Source: an uncultured Thermoplasmata archaeon
GTDB lineage: Archaea; Thermoplasmatota; Thermoplasmata; Lutacidiplasmatales; UBA184
Direction of reading: 5' to 3'
Length of the DNA: 64,000 bases
NCBI GenBank assembly: GCA_963771555.1
Contig: CAVYTM010000003.1
Span: 584,465 to 648,464, forward strand
Positions 62,317 through 64,000 of this stretch are shown piece after piece. Numbering within the stretch: the first letter of the stretch is position 1; the number at the start of each line of letters is the position of its first letter. The position numbers and the translations under genes are program-made. Below the pieces are notes generated by a model, which saw nothing but the letters and a program-made list of their open reading frames with translations, searched no databases and was not told the origin of the DNA.

Positions 62317-63089
62317 CCGGGGGGTTGACCCGGCTGAGCGCCGTCGCGTGGCTCTCCCTACGGGGGAGCCTGCGAGGGGCCCGGGTCGTTGGACTGGCCT
62401 CGTTTGCGCTCGTTCCGAGCCTCATCGTGGTGACGGTCGCCTCGACCCACCCTAATGCGAACGCGCTCTCGAATTCCGCCGAAGGACTGTTCGCGGTGCT
62501 GACGCTGCCGATCGTAACGATGGTAATCGTCCTCGTTCTCGCCGTTGCCCAGTTCCGCAACGAGATCGACAACGAAACCTTGCTCTATCTCTCCGACCGG
62601 TCGATCACGCGGCCCATGATCGTGGTCGGAAAGTTCCTCGGGTCTCTCACCGCGGCGCTAGTCCTCGTGGTTCCGGCCGCCCTCGTTCCGTTGTGGATTG
62701 CCGAGTTGGCCGGGGGACCCAGCTACCCAATCGGGGTGACCGCAACGCTCGGCGCGGCGGCGATCCTCGCCGCGGTGGCATACACCGGATTTTTCCTCTT
62801 CCTCGGGTTGGTCAGCCGCGCGGCGCTCCTCATCGGACTGCTCTACGGGTTCCTGTGGGAGGAGCTGGTCCCGCTCCTGCCGGGTTCGGCGCCCCGGTTG
62901 ACCCTCGTCTTCTACGTGAGAAATTTCCTTTCCGGCGAGCTCACGAGCGGACCGGTGTCGGGATACCCTGCGCCCCTGACGTCAACCGCGGCGGCCCTGG
63001 TTCTCCTGGGGCTTGCGGTCGCTTTTGTGGTACTGGCCTGCATCTTCTTCCGATACCTTGAGACCGCTCCGGAACGAGAGTCGGTCTAA
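62313..63089 (+). CDS. ABC-2-type permease (2 of 2)
   Basis: 258 aa from GTG 62313 (GTGA overlap), about 6 helices. Confidence 0.7.
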   Translation: MTGGLTRLSAVAWLSLRGSLRGARVVGLASFALVPSLIVVTVASTHPNANALSNSAEGLFAVLTLPIVTMVIVLVLAVAQFRNEIDNETLLYLSDRSITRPMIVVGKFLGSLTAALVLVVPAALVPLWIAELAGGPSYPIGVTATLGAAAILAAVAYTGFFLFLGLVSRAALLIGLLYGFLWEELVPLLPGSAPRLTLVFYVRNFLSGELTSGPVSGYPAPLTSTAAALVLLGLAVAFVVLACIFFRYLETAPERESV

Positions 63090-63179
63090 TCCTCGCCCAC
63101 CTACCCGAGGGCGCCTTGCCAACATCGGACAGCCGGTTCGGAGGGGTGGGTGCAATGGCACTTACACCCGAAGGTCCCA

Positions 63180-64000
63180 TCACGGGGCGGTCGCTTGATT
63201 CGATTGCTGCATCGTTGGACCCTCGGCTTGAGCTTCTCTCTTCACTCTGTTCATCTCACGAGCGAACTTGTCGGGCTCCTCCAGGAACGGAAAGTGAGCC
63301 GATTCCTCGAACCATACGATCTGCTTGCGGGGAGCACTCAGCTTGGCCTCGTACTCGACGGTATTCTCGAACGGGTCCGTACGGTCGTACCGACCCGTGA
63401 AGAAGTACACCGGCAATTCTACCCGAGTTATCGAGTCGGCCAGTTCTCCGGTGATTGCATCGAATCTGAGATTCCTGTGCGTAAAGCTCACTCCTTTCCG
63501 AACGTCGAGCCCTTCTCGCAGCGTGTACTCCGGGGCCATCAGGCCGATGAGAATCAAGGTCCGGAAGCTCGTGCGGCGGTGGAGGGCGCCTCCGAACCCG
63601 AAGATCCACTTCTCACGGTCGAGCGCTCCATGACCATCTAGCGTGCGCAACAGCGTGCGATTGTGGCGTCGTTCTGCTTGCTCCCGAATCCAACGGTCCT
63701 AGATGACGGTGTTCCGATCGCCCCCGTAGGCGAGTTGTCCGATTCCCACGTAGGCATGGAACAGCTCGGGATGCAGTTGCGCCACGATCATTCCGAGAAA
63801 GGTTCCGTAGGAGTGCCCGACGAGGTACACTTTGGACTGGCTGAACCGCCCCCGCAGGGCATTCACGAGTTCCACCGTATCCGAAACTTCTTGCGTCACC
63901 GACAGGGAGTCCGTGGGGGTGCCCTCCGTGAACGTCTTCCCAGCGCCTCTTCGGTCCCAGTGAACCATGACGAACTCTCTCTCGAGCGGTCGCTGAAACC
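63180..64000 (-). pseudogene. Alpha/beta hydrolase (proline-iminopeptidase-like) interrupted by an in-frame TAG; 5' end beyond the window
   Basis: HWDRRGAGKT..., nucleophile elbow LVGHSYG, and C-terminal WFEESAHFPFLEEP. The two tracked ORFs (63699-63968 and 63180-63650) share one frame, separated only by a TAG at 63699-63701. Confidence 0.6.

Noticed and set aside
63699-63701. In-frame TAG as pyrrolysine
   Set aside because: TAG terminates several confident genes in this window. The host gene is an alpha/beta hydrolase, not a methylamine methyltransferase, and no pyl genes were seen.

Overview
High-GC archaeal fragment. The archaeal call rests on a thermosome, aIF2-beta, deoxyhypusine synthase, a presenilin-type protease, and TATA boxes 26-35 nt upstream of starts, with many leaderless or short-leader genes. 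No database search or computation was possible, so all family calls rest on motifs read by eye. The window has two contrasting parts. (1) 1-17.1 kb holds tightly packed core genes: EamA transporter, thermosome, class II LysRS, an ABC pair, ValRS, aldo/keto reductase, HAD phosphatase, esterase, aIF2-beta fused to TRAM, PSH protease, DHS and an OSBS-family enolase. It ends at tRNA-Lys(CUU). (2) 17.2-64 kb looks accessory, and roughly half of it encodes cell-surface proteins. No integrase, transposase or CRISPR array was seen. Main observations: (a) Four secreted proteins (19263-21524, 32153-35509, 35750-38965, 39006-42818) carry different heads (FN3, family-5 solute-binding, YVTN beta-propeller, Ig/Cys-rich). 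All four share an unrecognised ~56-aa tandem repeat module, 17 units in total, which ends three of them in a conserved ...FAASYxALG C-terminus. They lie next to a GT2 / GT-C+LamG / GT2 glycosylation cluster. (b) A 26-bp palindrome occurs twice (22/26 identical), 121 and 122 nt upstream of two surface-protein start codons. (c) A cytoplasmic tandem-SH3 protein is encoded divergently from a type I membrane glycoprotein with a polyproline cytoplasmic tail. A 3489-aa giant protein (22 PKD-like plus 9 further Ig-like modules) has a similar tail. (d) Smaller items: a vapBC module with a palindromic operator, a ValRS with no canonical start codon, two interrupted genes (in-frame TAG; two in-frame TGA), and a four-gene ABC cassette with 4-nt overlaps.
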